DNA of 48,633 bases from an uncultured Eubacteriales bacterium (GTDB lineage: Bacteria > Bacillota > Clostridia > Lachnospirales > Lachnospiraceae), in the NCBI GenBank assembly GCA_900321145.1, contig ONVB01000206.1, forward strand, positions 1 to 48,633, in the 5' to 3' direction. Every line of letters starts with the position of its first letter. The stretch's first letter is position 1. The notes beneath the pieces were generated by a model. It was not told the DNA's origin, made no database searches, and was given only the letters and a program-made list of their open reading frames with translations. Shown in pieces: positions 10,196 through 19,679 of this stretch. The position numbers and the translations under genes were made by a program.

Positions 10196-11743
10196 ATGGG
10201 ATACTATGATGATGAGATTTACGATCCGTACGGAGAGAATGCGGGGACGGTGAATCAGGCTTCGACCGGCAGTGGTCAGGCAGGTACAGGCTCCTTTACT
10301 CAGGGAAGCTCGTTTGCAAATATGAACACGCAGGATTATATGCAGCAGATGGCTGAACGTGCAAGGCAGAATGTGAATATGAACACGCCAAAGCCGAGCA
10401 GTGCATATAATTATACAGGCTCTTCTTATGCGGCTTACGATGAAAATGCGGCTTACGGCGCAGCTTCCTCGGCAGCGGACAATACATACAGCGCTCAGTA
10501 CGGTGACTATAAGAGTGTAAAACCGGCTAAGATTAGGACAAAGAAGGAAAAGAACGGCTCCGGCAAGGGTGCTGCCTTTGTGAAGAGGTTTATCGCGATA
10601 GCGGCAGCGGCTGCTATGTTCGGTGCTGTAGCGGGCGGAGTGTTCAACTTCATGTCAGGCAAGAGGCTTGCGGCTCTCAAGGAGTCGGGACAGGTATCAT
10701 CTTCAAGCGGTACCATATCAACAGCTAATCCGGTGACAACGAAGGATGCCATTTACTCCGGGGTTGCCGACCTGGTAGATGCGACCATGCCGTCGGTAGT
10801 TGCAATCACGGTCAAGTCCATACAGGAGGTCCCGAGCTTCTGGGGATATTACCAGGAGTATGAATCCGAGGGTTCGGGTTCCGGCGTGATCATAGGACAG
10901 AATGACACTAACCTTCTCATAGTGACAAACTACCATGTGGTCAAGGGTGCTACTCAGGTGTCGGTTGCCTTCGTGGACGATCAGGTATATCAGGCAGATG
11001 TTTTAGGCACCGCTTCGGAGAACGATCTTGCTATCGTGACGGTTCCGCTTTCAAGTATAAGCGAGGATACAAAGAATCAGATCAAGGTTATAAGCATAGG
11101 CAGCTCGGACAATGTCAGAGTCGGCGAGCAGGTTGTAGCCATAGGAAATGCTTTGGGCTATGGTCAGTCCGTAACAACGGGTATCGTAAGTGCCTTAGGC
11201 AGAGTCAACAGCACCAATGTTACACCTCTTATCCAGACAGATGCGGCTATAAACCCCGGTAACAGCGGCGGTGCCATGCTTAACATGAACGGTGAGCTGA
11301 TCGGTATCAACTCCTCGAAATATGCATCGACCGATGTTGAAGGTGTAGGTTATGCAATCCCGATCAGCGATGTGCAGGATATCATAAACGATATCATAAC
11401 AGAGGATGAAAAGCCCCAGGTTGCAGACTCCGAAAAAGGATATCTCGGTGTAAGCTGCGGAACCATGGATGCTGCGTCAGCTATGTATTACGGTGTTCCT
11501 GAGGGCGCGATCGTACTTAAGGTTGCTCCGAATTCTGCTGCAGAGAGTGCGGGACTTGCTCCCGAGGATATCATAACCGCCATAAACGGTTCTTCGATAT
11601 CAAGCTCTGATGAGCTTCTTGACAGGCTTAGTGAGTACAAGATAGGAGATAAGGTTGATATAACATACAAGGTAAAGAACGGTTCGAGCTACCGTGAGAA
11701 GACGGTTACTGTAAAGCTTACCGAGAAGCCTGAATTTGACTAA
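10196..11743 (+). CDS. htrA: HtrA/DegP-family serine protease (TM anchor, trypsin domain, PDZ)
   Basis: VTNYHVV (His), ENDLA (Asp), QTDAAINPGNSGG (Ser) and a C-terminal PDZ. The start could alternatively be GTG 10187. Confidence 0.95.
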   Translation: MGYYDDEIYDPYGENAGTVNQASTGSGQAGTGSFTQGSSFANMNTQDYMQQMAERARQNVNMNTPKPSSAYNYTGSSYAAYDENAAYGAASSAADNTYSAQYGDYKSVKPAKIRTKKEKNGSGKGAAFVKRFIAIAAAAAMFGAVAGGVFNFMSGKRLAALKESGQVSSSSGTISTANPVTTKDAIYSGVADLVDATMPSVVAITVKSIQEVPSFWGYYQEYESEGSGSGVIIGQNDTNLLIVTNYHVVKGATQVSVAFVDDQVYQADVLGTASENDLAIVTVPLSSISEDTKNQIKVISIGSSDNVRVGEQVVAIGNALGYGQSVTTGIVSALGRVNSTNVTPLIQTDAAINPGNSGGAMLNMNGELIGINSSKYASTDVEGVGYAIPISDVQDIINDIITEDEKPQVADSEKGYLGVSCGTMDAASAMYYGVPEGAIVLKVAPNSAAESAGLAPEDIITAINGSSISSSDELLDRLSEYKIGDKVDITYKVKNGSSYREKTVTVKLTEKPEFD

Positions 11744-11752
11744 ATAAAATAC

Positions 11753-11799
11753 TGCATAATAAAAGCCCGGTCCGTTGCGGATCGGGCTTTTATTATGCA
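11753..11799. terminator. Bidirectional intrinsic terminator after htrA
   Basis: 22-bp stem TGCATAATAAAAGCCCGGTCCG / CGGATCGGGCTTTTATTATGCA, 3-nt loop, one G-T wobble. Confidence 0.88.
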
Positions 11800-12031
11800 C
11801 ACGCCCGCGTAATGTAAACAGTCACTTCGTGACACGCGGGCGGCGCAGCAAGCAGAGTTCGACAGAGTCTCCCTCTGCTTGAAAGAACACGCCCGCGTAA
11901 TGTAAACAGTCACTTCGTGACACGCGGGCGGCGCAGCAGGCAGAGTTCGACAGAGTCTCCCTCTGCTTGAAAGAACACGCCCGCGTAATGTAAACAGTCA
12001 CTTCGTGACACGAAGGCGACGCAGCCGGCAG
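11799..12031. repeat. 88-bp tandem repeat (about 2.6 copies) of two nested palindromes; REP/BIME-like
   Basis: Units start at 11799, 11887 and 11975. Units 1 and 2 differ by one base. Hairpins: CGCCCGCGT...GTCAC-TTC-GTGAC-ACGCGGGCG and CAAGCAGAG...CTCTGCTTG. Confidence 0.93.
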
Positions 12032-12208
12032 TGTGCGATTGTATCTTAACTGTCTGATTTTTATATAACTGTGGCAAATAAAGCGATTTTATGTTATATT
12101 ATACGGATAGCCGTAATTGTATTTTGAAGCAGGTAAGACCGATGATTTTTGATATCGCGCTGCCTGCTGCAAAACAGATCCACAAGATGTTTAACAGGGA
12201 GGGTTGAG

Positions 12209-13336
12209 ATGAAGGAGAAGGCAAAAAGAAGACTTACAAGCATTGCTGTTGTATGCGCGGTGATGATCAGTGCTTTCGTATGTTTTGATAACGGAACGCT
12301 TAAGAGCCGGGCTGCGGAACCGGGTGTAAGCTACTGTTCTTATGTGCAGGGACTTACCTGGCTTGACTGGAAGAAGAACGGCACTATGTCGGGAACGACC
12401 GGCAGGGCCAAGAGAATGGAGGCACTGAAGATAAAGCTTGTAAGCAAGCCTGTATCGGGAAGTGTGACCTACAGGACTTATATCGGCGGTGACGGCTGGC
12501 AGCCGTGGGCATCGGAAGGTGAAGTGTCCGGTGCGGTCAATGAATCAAAGCAGATAGAAGCTGTAGAGATCAAGCTCACGAAGAATATGGCAAAGCAGTA
12601 TGATATATACTACCGTGTTCATGTTCAGAGCAAAGGCTGGCTGTCGTGGACCTTAAACGGCAAGGCAGCAGGCACAACGGGTATGGACAGGCGTGTGGAG
12701 GCTATACAGATAAGGCTTGTGAAAAAGGGCGGCAGTGCCCCGGGAGATACTTCGCTTGCGTATCTGAGCTATTCCGACAGTATATATTCCGATACGAAGG
12801 ATGATGTGGCAAAGCTGCTTAAGGATGTCGGATTTTTCAATGTGGGTGAAAATATCGAGAGAAGAGCGACTTACTCGCTATATGACATCAACGGAGACGG
12901 GAACAAGGAACTCCTTATAAGCACAAAGCATTATGATTATGATAAAGATACGGGTGAGGAGGACAGTTTCAGGCTCTTTACCGTAGTCAACGGCAGTGTA
13001 AAGGAGGTCAAGCTCCCCGAGAAGGGACGCACAAGGTATGACTTTATAATCTTAGAGGACAATACCCTTTGCATACCCTTTGCGCCCAACCACCCTTATG
13101 CCGATTCGCCGGATTATTTCTTCTACAAGCTTACCGGCGACGGAAGCTTAAAGCAGATAAAGGCTTATGAGCAGGTGTGGGGCGGTTATTACGGTACGAC
13201 CGTTGATTACTACTGCATAACTCACGGCAAGGCTACCTTAAGACTTGCGGGATTGTACGGAAAGCTTTTTATGGAGAGTGCGGTAGAACAGGGACTCGAG
13301 AACAGGGTTACAGGTATTGATAAGGACGACCTGTAA
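12209..13336 (+). CDS. Exported protein with three clostridial hydrophobic W (ChW) repeats and a DxDGDG-motif C-terminal domain
   Basis: Signal peptide (MKEKAKRR+hydrophobic...SRAA). Three repeats of the type YRVHVQSKGWLSWTLNGKAAGTTGMDRRVEAIQIRL, then YDINGDGNKELLI. Start moved to ATG 12209 after GGAGGG. Confidence 0.82.
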   Translation: MKEKAKRRLTSIAVVCAVMISAFVCFDNGTLKSRAAEPGVSYCSYVQGLTWLDWKKNGTMSGTTGRAKRMEALKIKLVSKPVSGSVTYRTYIGGDGWQPWASEGEVSGAVNESKQIEAVEIKLTKNMAKQYDIYYRVHVQSKGWLSWTLNGKAAGTTGMDRRVEAIQIRLVKKGGSAPGDTSLAYLSYSDSIYSDTKDDVAKLLKDVGFFNVGENIERRATYSLYDINGDGNKELLISTKHYDYDKDTGEEDSFRLFTVVNGSVKEVKLPEKGRTRYDFIILEDNTLCIPFAPNHPYADSPDYFFYKLTGDGSLKQIKAYEQVWGGYYGTTVDYYCITHGKATLRLAGLYGKLFMESAVEQGLENRVTGIDKDDL

Positions 13337-13395
13337 AGGATTCTTCGGACAGTTAAAGATAATAGCATATCAGCAGATCGAAAAGGAGAAGATAT

Positions 13396-13935
13396 ATGGA
13401 AGAGAAGAAGAGAGAGTTATTGAAGATGCTTGCGGAGCAGCTCAGCGAGTCCGATGACATTGACAGGGCTGAGTTTTTCACGAAGGAGGAGCTTGAAGCG
13501 CCTGTGGATATCACAAGGGTGATCATTTCCGATATTGGAGCGGAGCTTATATCCGTGCTCGGAGAGTTTTATTTCCTGCCGCTTGAGGATGAGGAGATGC
13601 TTTTCTTTGCCTGCGGAATTACCGTGACAGATGATATAGAAGATCATGAGAAAACAGATCTATACTCGGCAGTGGCCCGTATCAATTACCTTCTTCCCTT
13701 CGGCAGCTTCGCTATGGATGAAGGCGGTGATAATGTAGTTTATCGATATACGGTTCCGGTTCTAGCTGACTCGGATGATGACACGATCAGGAAGATCATG
13801 CTCACCTCGGTTGACGCCGCTGTTTCGATGGTTGACCGTTTTGAGAGCTATCTTATGCTTGTCCAGGAGGGAAATGTAACGCCCGACGAGATGATTAAGG
13901 CGATAAAGGGTAACACTGACAGCAGCGAAGCATAA
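13396..13935 (+). CDS. Small acidic YbjN-like / T3SS-chaperone-fold protein
   Basis: 179 aa, very acidic; LYSAVARINYLLPFGSFAMDEGGDNVVYRY resembles the YbjN/CesT-fold pattern. AAGGAG RBS. Confidence 0.55.
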   Translation: MEEKKRELLKMLAEQLSESDDIDRAEFFTKEELEAPVDITRVIISDIGAELISVLGEFYFLPLEDEEMLFFACGITVTDDIEDHEKTDLYSAVARINYLLPFGSFAMDEGGDNVVYRYTVPVLADSDDDTIRKIMLTSVDAAVSMVDRFESYLMLVQEGNVTPDEMIKAIKGNTDSSEA

Positions 13936-13951
13936 GAAAGGTGGGGTCGAT

Positions 13952-16900
13952 ATGCCACAGGGCGAACTTGAATTAGAAAAGAAGAAAAAGCCTGTAGTAA
14001 CGGAAATTCAGGAGGAGCAGCAAGAAGAGCTTAAAGAGACATCGCAGGAAATAAATTTAAGCTCCTTTATGAATGTCGGTGACACCATGATAGAGCATAT
14101 GGATGCACCGCTTATGAAGCACGCTGCGAGGCTTCCGGAGCTTAAGGACTTAAAGAAGCCCAACAAGGCTATGGTGCTGGCGGCTCACAAGGATGTTGGA
14201 CTTGCACTCTCCAAGTATAACTGGAGACATCCGAAGAGAGTGAGCAGAGCAAAGGCCAAGTATGAGAGGCAGATGAAGCTTCTTGATCTGAAGAAGAAAA
14301 CCTACGAGCCGGATGATGAGTTCCTCGAGATAGAGGTAAACAGGGTGATGAACTTAGATCTCACCAAGCTTCTTTACGAGAAGGATGAGAAGGAGCCTGA
14401 TGAGATACTGATCTCGCGCTGGGGTAAGCTTCAGCAGAACTTTGCATATATAGACGCCTGCGCGAAGAGTATAGAAAAAGACAGGAAAAAGGAGAACCTG
14501 ACCGACGCGCAGAAGGACGACCTGCTCAGACAGGAAGCTCATCTGAAGACTCTGGTGGATATAAGGACTTATTATCAGGTTCAGGAAGCGCTTGTAAGCA
14601 ACAGATACTATGCTCTTTTGCCGAGAGAGGATATGAGGAAGCTATCCGAGAGCGACTTAAGGGCCAAGCTTGCGAAGCTCTATGAGAAGGACGGTAATGA
14701 GAGAAATGATGAGCTCATAGATTATTATCAGAATCTCCTTCGCTTTAAGACCTTAAAGATATCCGACGGCAGCAGCGTGAAGAAAAAGGAAGCCGGGTAC
14801 TTAAGGGATTTAAGAGGCACTGAGTATGCGGACAAGCGCGATGCCAAGGATGAGATGGAGAAGATATCCGACGCCTACAAGAAGCTTCTCGGCGTCAGAG
14901 CGGACAAGGGATTCTTTTATTCCTATACCGATTCCAACAAGAGGCAGGAGCAGTTCTTTGACATACTTGGCAAGGATATAGAGAAGTTCAAGGATAAGAG
15001 CGGTTTTACCGAGAAGAGGACCCTTATAAGGGATTATAATGATTATTTAAAGAAAAAGGAAGAGCTTAAGAACAAGAAGCGTTTCGAGCAGGTGGCCGAT
15101 ACAGTCGGCAAGACTATGGAAGCCGACGGTGAAAAGCTCGAGAAAAGGGATAAGCCTATGGAGGGTCTTACCCTGAGCGAGAGACAGAAGGCAGGCATAC
15201 ACAGGATACAGGGCTTTCTTTTAAGGCGTGCCTGGCAGGAGAGAAACTCCAAGGATGCATATATTTATAACTTCCTTCAGACACCTCCCGAACAGCAGCT
15301 TATCGCTTTCTACCTGGTTGAGAAGGGTAAGGAGAGCAGCTTTGTTCCGGCAGACCTTTACACCGCTATAAACAGCTATGAACCCAACCTGGATGCATTT
15401 CGCGATAAGGTCAACATATCCAAGTTCAAGCTGGGCGGTACAAAGTGGGATAAGATGAGTAAGGCCGTTCAGGCCGTGAAGAGTCTTAAAGGCGAGCTTA
15501 AGAATTATGTGGATCTTACCGTCAAGACCGAGGCGGCAGAGGCGGAGCTTAAAAGTGCGGAGAGTGATCCTCAGGAATACACAGAGCAGGGGAAGAAGAC
15601 CATAGAGGCCATAGCTCTTCACACAGCGGCGATCAAGCAGATGTATGATAACTGCGGTATGCACGAGGATATGCCGCCGGATATGGCACAGGAAGAAAAA
15701 CTGAGAGAGAGGATGTTCACCGAGTATAACAGGATAGGTGAGCTTCTCGAAAAGCTCGTAAGGATACTTGAGGAGCATCCCGAGCTTGCACAGAAGGCAG
15801 AACTTAACGACTACATGGTTGAGGCCGGTGAGAGCAAGTATACCGAGAGTAAGAAAAAAGGACTTTTTGCCACTGCCTTCGGAGTGGGAAAGTCATTTAA
15901 GAGCACTTACGGAACTGTGACCACGGTCGAGGGATATGCAGCGAAAGCGGTCGGGTTATTTACCGGAGCGGTAAAGCAGTTCCAGAAAAATAATATGTAT
16001 TACAATGCCATAAAGGGTTCATTTTCGGAGCTTTCGTCCGTAGTCGGCTATATCGACAATATTATCGGGGCATTTAATATGTCCAAGGAGGAAACGGTAT
16101 CTCTTACCGACAGCATAGTGAAGTGGACAAACAAGTCTACAAGCCTGATCGGCGGTGCAAAGGGACTTATCTCCGGAGCTGTCAGCGTATTAAAGACGAC
16201 GAAGGTTGTCAGCAAAGAATCGAAGAAGCTTGCGAAGATGGGAAAGAGCTTTGACGGCATAGGGCTTTTCACGGGCGGTTTGAGCCTGGGCATGAATTTT
16301 GTGAAGCTCGGACAGGTGATTGATTCCGGGCACGACATAAAGCTCGGGAAGAAAAAGCTTGAGCAGAGGATCAAAGGCAGGAAAGCAAGCAAGGATGAGA
16401 AGAAGCTTATGAAGTTCTTTAGACATCAGAGCAGGGAGAATCAGAGGCAGAAGATCTCTGCAGCGGTTGATATAGTGAAGGGTACTATCAGCTTCTCGAA
16501 CGGACTCTTCGGAATGACGGGAGTCCTTGCGCCGGTTGCCGGTGCATTAAAGATCGTAAATACCGTTATCGGGATCGCCCACGGAACTCTCTATAACGGC
16601 TGGAGAAGAAAGAAGAATATAGAGCTGACCGTAGATGAGTATCTTGGGGTTGATAGTATTATAAAAGAGCTTGAGAAAAACCCTGACAATGTCTTGATCG
16701 ACTCAAAAGGCAAGAAAAAACTCAGAAAGGTTGTGAGGTATGAGGCGTTGGCACAGCTTGGATATGCGACACACAAGGAATGCTACAACGATATATGCAG
16801 CCAGTTCGCTCAGCTCGTATACAGCAAGCTTTTCCTCGGCGCGTCAAAGGATGCGGATGAGTGGAATCTGTTCAACAGGGCGCTTACCTCACTCGGTTTT

Positions 16901-16981
16901 GACCCCGTGATGTATAAGAAGGACTTCGGCACCAATCCGAAACCGTCTATGAAGCTTATTTTGGCAAAGGTCTTAGGTTAA
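13952..16981 (+). CDS. 1009-aa hypothetical helical protein, candidate secreted effector with a C-terminal Gly/Ala-rich amphipathic region
   Basis: Long ORF with an RBS and no signal peptide. The N-terminal part is K/E-rich and helical; the C-terminal third has segments such as GIGLFTGGLSLGM and GLFGMTGVLAPVAGALKIVNTVIGIAHG. Confidence 0.6.
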   Translation: MPQGELELEKKKKPVVTEIQEEQQEELKETSQEINLSSFMNVGDTMIEHMDAPLMKHAARLPELKDLKKPNKAMVLAAHKDVGLALSKYNWRHPKRVSRAKAKYERQMKLLDLKKKTYEPDDEFLEIEVNRVMNLDLTKLLYEKDEKEPDEILISRWGKLQQNFAYIDACAKSIEKDRKKENLTDAQKDDLLRQEAHLKTLVDIRTYYQVQEALVSNRYYALLPREDMRKLSESDLRAKLAKLYEKDGNERNDELIDYYQNLLRFKTLKISDGSSVKKKEAGYLRDLRGTEYADKRDAKDEMEKISDAYKKLLGVRADKGFFYSYTDSNKRQEQFFDILGKDIEKFKDKSGFTEKRTLIRDYNDYLKKKEELKNKKRFEQVADTVGKTMEADGEKLEKRDKPMEGLTLSERQKAGIHRIQGFLLRRAWQERNSKDAYIYNFLQTPPEQQLIAFYLVEKGKESSFVPADLYTAINSYEPNLDAFRDKVNISKFKLGGTKWDKMSKAVQAVKSLKGELKNYVDLTVKTEAAEAELKSAESDPQEYTEQGKKTIEAIALHTAAIKQMYDNCGMHEDMPPDMAQEEKLRERMFTEYNRIGELLEKLVRILEEHPELAQKAELNDYMVEAGESKYTESKKKGLFATAFGVGKSFKSTYGTVTTVEGYAAKAVGLFTGAVKQFQKNNMYYNAIKGSFSELSSVVGYIDNIIGAFNMSKEETVSLTDSIVKWTNKSTSLIGGAKGLISGAVSVLKTTKVVSKESKKLAKMGKSFDGIGLFTGGLSLGMNFVKLGQVIDSGHDIKLGKKKLEQRIKGRKASKDEKKLMKFFRHQSRENQRQKISAAVDIVKGTISFSNGLFGMTGVLAPVAGALKIVNTVIGIAHGTLYNGWRRKKNIELTVDEYLGVDSIIKELEKNPDNVLIDSKGKKKLRKVVRYEALAQLGYATHKECYNDICSQFAQLVYSKLFLGASKDADEWNLFNRALTSLGFDPVMYKKDFGTNPKPSMKLILAKVLG

Positions 16982-16990
16982 GGAGGGTGC

Positions 16991-17815
16991 GTGAGTATGG
17001 ATATAACAAGGATAACCGGGAACAACGAGGCTTGCTTTGCGCATGTTCTTAACGGGACGGCTGTCACTGCCACGGAGAATATGCTCAGGATAGGCGCGGT
17101 TGATGACGAGGGCAACGGAGTTGCGGCTCTTTCGGCATATTTTGATGCGCAGTTTATAGAAGTGACCTCACTGTATGTTCAGGAAAAGTACAGGAGACAG
17201 GGCTACGGCAGGGCACTGATGGAGACCTTAGTAAGCCTTGCGGAAGATGATTATACCTCCGTGACCGTGTATGTATATGACGATGAGGGCGCTGAGGAGT
17301 TCCTGAAAGGGATGGGTTTTGAGCTCTTTGATGCTACGGAGCTTCACTATATCAGACTCGGAGAGGTGCTTAGGTCAGCGTATTGCAGAAGGCTTCTGTT
17401 GGACAACGATACCGAAGAAATAAAGAATATTTCCGACCTCGACGAGAATGAGATCAAGATCCTTTTGGGATTTTTTAAGAAAAACCATATCCCGTTAAAA
17501 GGAGGATTCGATCCGCATTGGAGTACGATAAGATTTGACGGTACGGAGGTTGCGGATATATATCTCGTAGAGCCTATGAACGGTGATGTCAACATGATAC
17601 TTCAGAGCTTTGACAAGAAGAATCCGCAAAAGATAACCATGCATATGACGGAACTGATCCGTAAGATGGAGGAGGAAGCTGAATTCGGACCTCTTGCGAG
17701 GTTCAACTTTGCATCTGACAATACCAAATTTTTGGAAGCATTGGGTCGGAGCATGGGAAGTACGGCATATATAAACTCGGCAGGTAAATACAAGAAAGCA
17801 ATCAGGCTTCTCTAA
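16991..17815 (+). CDS. GNAT-family N-acetyltransferase
   Basis: Intact motif A: VTSLYVQEKYRRQGYGRALM; also FLKGMGF. The start could be ATG 16997. Confidence 0.8.
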   Translation: MSMDITRITGNNEACFAHVLNGTAVTATENMLRIGAVDDEGNGVAALSAYFDAQFIEVTSLYVQEKYRRQGYGRALMETLVSLAEDDYTSVTVYVYDDEGAEEFLKGMGFELFDATELHYIRLGEVLRSAYCRRLLLDNDTEEIKNISDLDENEIKILLGFFKKNHIPLKGGFDPHWSTIRFDGTEVADIYLVEPMNGDVNMILQSFDKKNPQKITMHMTELIRKMEEEAEFGPLARFNFASDNTKFLEALGRSMGSTAYINSAGKYKKAIRLL

Positions 17816-17837
17816 AGCGGCTTATATAGGAGGGCAT

Positions 17838-18716
17838 ATGTCAGACAGTACGATCAAAAAAAACGGTCTGATCACAAAGATGATCAACGCTGATAATATA
17901 TACGAATATGAAGATCTGATCCCGCCGGATGTAGCGGAGCAAATCCTGCGTGAGCACCATAAGGGAGTAGTGGCTCATGACGAAAGTACTGATGAGGTAC
18001 GAGCAATCTTTATGTGCGCCGTAACCGGTGTGGGATGGGACGGAGATGTTAAGTCTCTTGTTATAGAGTGGGTTTATGTGGTCAGTGATGAGGCCTTTGA
18101 TACATTGCTTGAATATCTGATCAAAGAAGCTTCCGAGGAGGAAGTAAAGAAGGTAAGGATGGAGCTTCCGATAACCGATGAACATATGAAGAAGCTTCTT
18201 GAAAAAAACAGCTTTGACATGAAAAGCAGCGAAAGTCTGTTGCTTGAGACCAATGTGGATGAAATCACTAAGATCAAGCAGTTTCAGGGAAATGTAAGAG
18301 GAGATGTTGTGTCGCTTGACGATCTTTTTACAAGAGAGTTCAGAAGAGCTCTGACCAACTTCATCTTTCACGGAGCAAGAGGCCTGCTTGAGGATGCCGA
18401 GACTCTGCCGATGTCATGGTTTGATCTTGAACTCTCGTGTTGCATCAGGACGGGCGACAGGGTAACGGGCATGTTTCTTGTCAAGAAAACAACGACGGGA
18501 GTGATCGTTCCGGTTCTTATGTTTGCTTTTGAACCGGATGCTGCTATCAAGCTTATGATGCTTTTGCGCTTCTTTGTGCAAAATGCGGAGATGACCGAGA
18601 ACAAAGATACAAGGGTAGTGATCTGCCGTTATAATAAAAAAATAAGAGCGCTTACCGACAAGCTTCTGCCCGGGAAAAAGGGCGATACTGTATATTTCTG
18701 TGAAAGGGATATATGA
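17838..18716 (+). CDS. GNAT-fold-like hypothetical protein, paralogue of 18816..19664
   Basis: IEWVYV and LLEKNSF, but no R/QxxGxG motif. Shares DNIxEYED, LPMSWxD..SCC, FAxEPDA and KLxPxKKG with the next gene. Confidence 0.6.
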   Translation: MSDSTIKKNGLITKMINADNIYEYEDLIPPDVAEQILREHHKGVVAHDESTDEVRAIFMCAVTGVGWDGDVKSLVIEWVYVVSDEAFDTLLEYLIKEASEEEVKKVRMELPITDEHMKKLLEKNSFDMKSSESLLLETNVDEITKIKQFQGNVRGDVVSLDDLFTREFRRALTNFIFHGARGLLEDAETLPMSWFDLELSCCIRTGDRVTGMFLVKKTTTGVIVPVLMFAFEPDAAIKLMMLLRFFVQNAEMTENKDTRVVICRYNKKIRALTDKLLPGKKGDTVYFCERDI

Positions 18717-18753
18717 TACTTATGCTATATTAAGAGCGTAAAACAGTTTTTTC

Positions 18754-18782
18754 TTGCGTTTTTAATGAAATACGATTAAAAT
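18754..18782 (+). promoter_or_regulatory. Possible sigma-A promoter
   Basis: TTGCGT-17 bp-TAAAAT in an AT-rich 99-bp gap. Confidence 0.35.
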
Positions 18783-18815
18783 AACTTGGTTATAATCTTT
18801 TTTTGCGGGGTTGCC

Positions 18816-19664
18816 ATGGAAATCAGAAAGATAACTGATGATAATATAGACGAATATGAGGATTTTATAGACGAGGATGTTGCACAGAGTATAGGCCGTG
18901 AGTTCTACAGAAGCATAGCCATACACGAGGACTCGGATGATGAGCCTGTTGCTGCCGTTGTCTGGGAACTCAAGAACTTCGAAGAGGATACGGATACAAC
19001 CTCCGAGATCGAGTGGCTTTATGTGAAGGACAGTAAGGTTGGCGAGATGCTCATGGAGGAATATGACAACGAGAACTCTGAAGATGAGGTGACGGACAGC
19101 TTTTTTGAGTTTGCCTCGATGGATAAAAATGCCGCTTCGATCCTTGAGAATTCCGGCTTTGAAATAACTAAGGGGGAGAGCCGCGACATAGTCGTTACGG
19201 TAGAAGAGCTTGGCGATCTTCCCATAGCCAAGAAGAAAACCCCGCCCTATATCACAAGCATCAATGACCTCATGGTAAGGCAGTTCAGGAAGGGCATAAC
19301 CAACTGTCTCTTCCATGGCAGGAAGGGTATACTTGAGGATCTGGCCTTCCTTCCGATGAGCTGGTACGATCCGGATGTTTCGTGTTGTGTGCAGACGGAT
19401 GAGAAGGTGAATGGTTTTCTGCTGGTTCACAAGCGGGCATCGGGTGCCCTCGTCGTAGATTTGCTGTTTGCGCTTGAGCCTGATGCCAAGGCCAATCTTT
19501 TGAGCATGATAAGATATTCAATCAATGCCGCAATCGACAAATATCCGCCTGAAACCGAGGTCATTTTAAGACGTCACAATGATATGACAACGGCTCTTAT
19601 TCAAAAGCTCTTCCCGAACAAGAAGGGTGCCGAGGTTTCAAAGGGAGAGAAAAAAGGGGAGTAA
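18816..19664 (+). CDS. GNAT-fold-like hypothetical protein, paralogue of 17838..18716
   Basis: MEIRKITDDN start typical of GNATs, IEWLYV, LENSGF; motif A absent. Start moved to ATG 18816 by alignment with the paralogue. Confidence 0.6.
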   Translation: MEIRKITDDNIDEYEDFIDEDVAQSIGREFYRSIAIHEDSDDEPVAAVVWELKNFEEDTDTTSEIEWLYVKDSKVGEMLMEEYDNENSEDEVTDSFFEFASMDKNAASILENSGFEITKGESRDIVVTVEELGDLPIAKKKTPPYITSINDLMVRQFRKGITNCLFHGRKGILEDLAFLPMSWYDPDVSCCVQTDEKVNGFLLVHKRASGALVVDLLFALEPDAKANLLSMIRYSINAAIDKYPPETEVILRRHNDMTTALIQKLFPNKKGAEVSKGEKKGE

Positions 19665-19679
19665 AAGAAGGATACTATT

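Noticed and set aside
11799-12031. CRISPR array
   Set aside because: The would-be spacers are identical between units (whole 88-bp unit repeated) and no cas genes are present.
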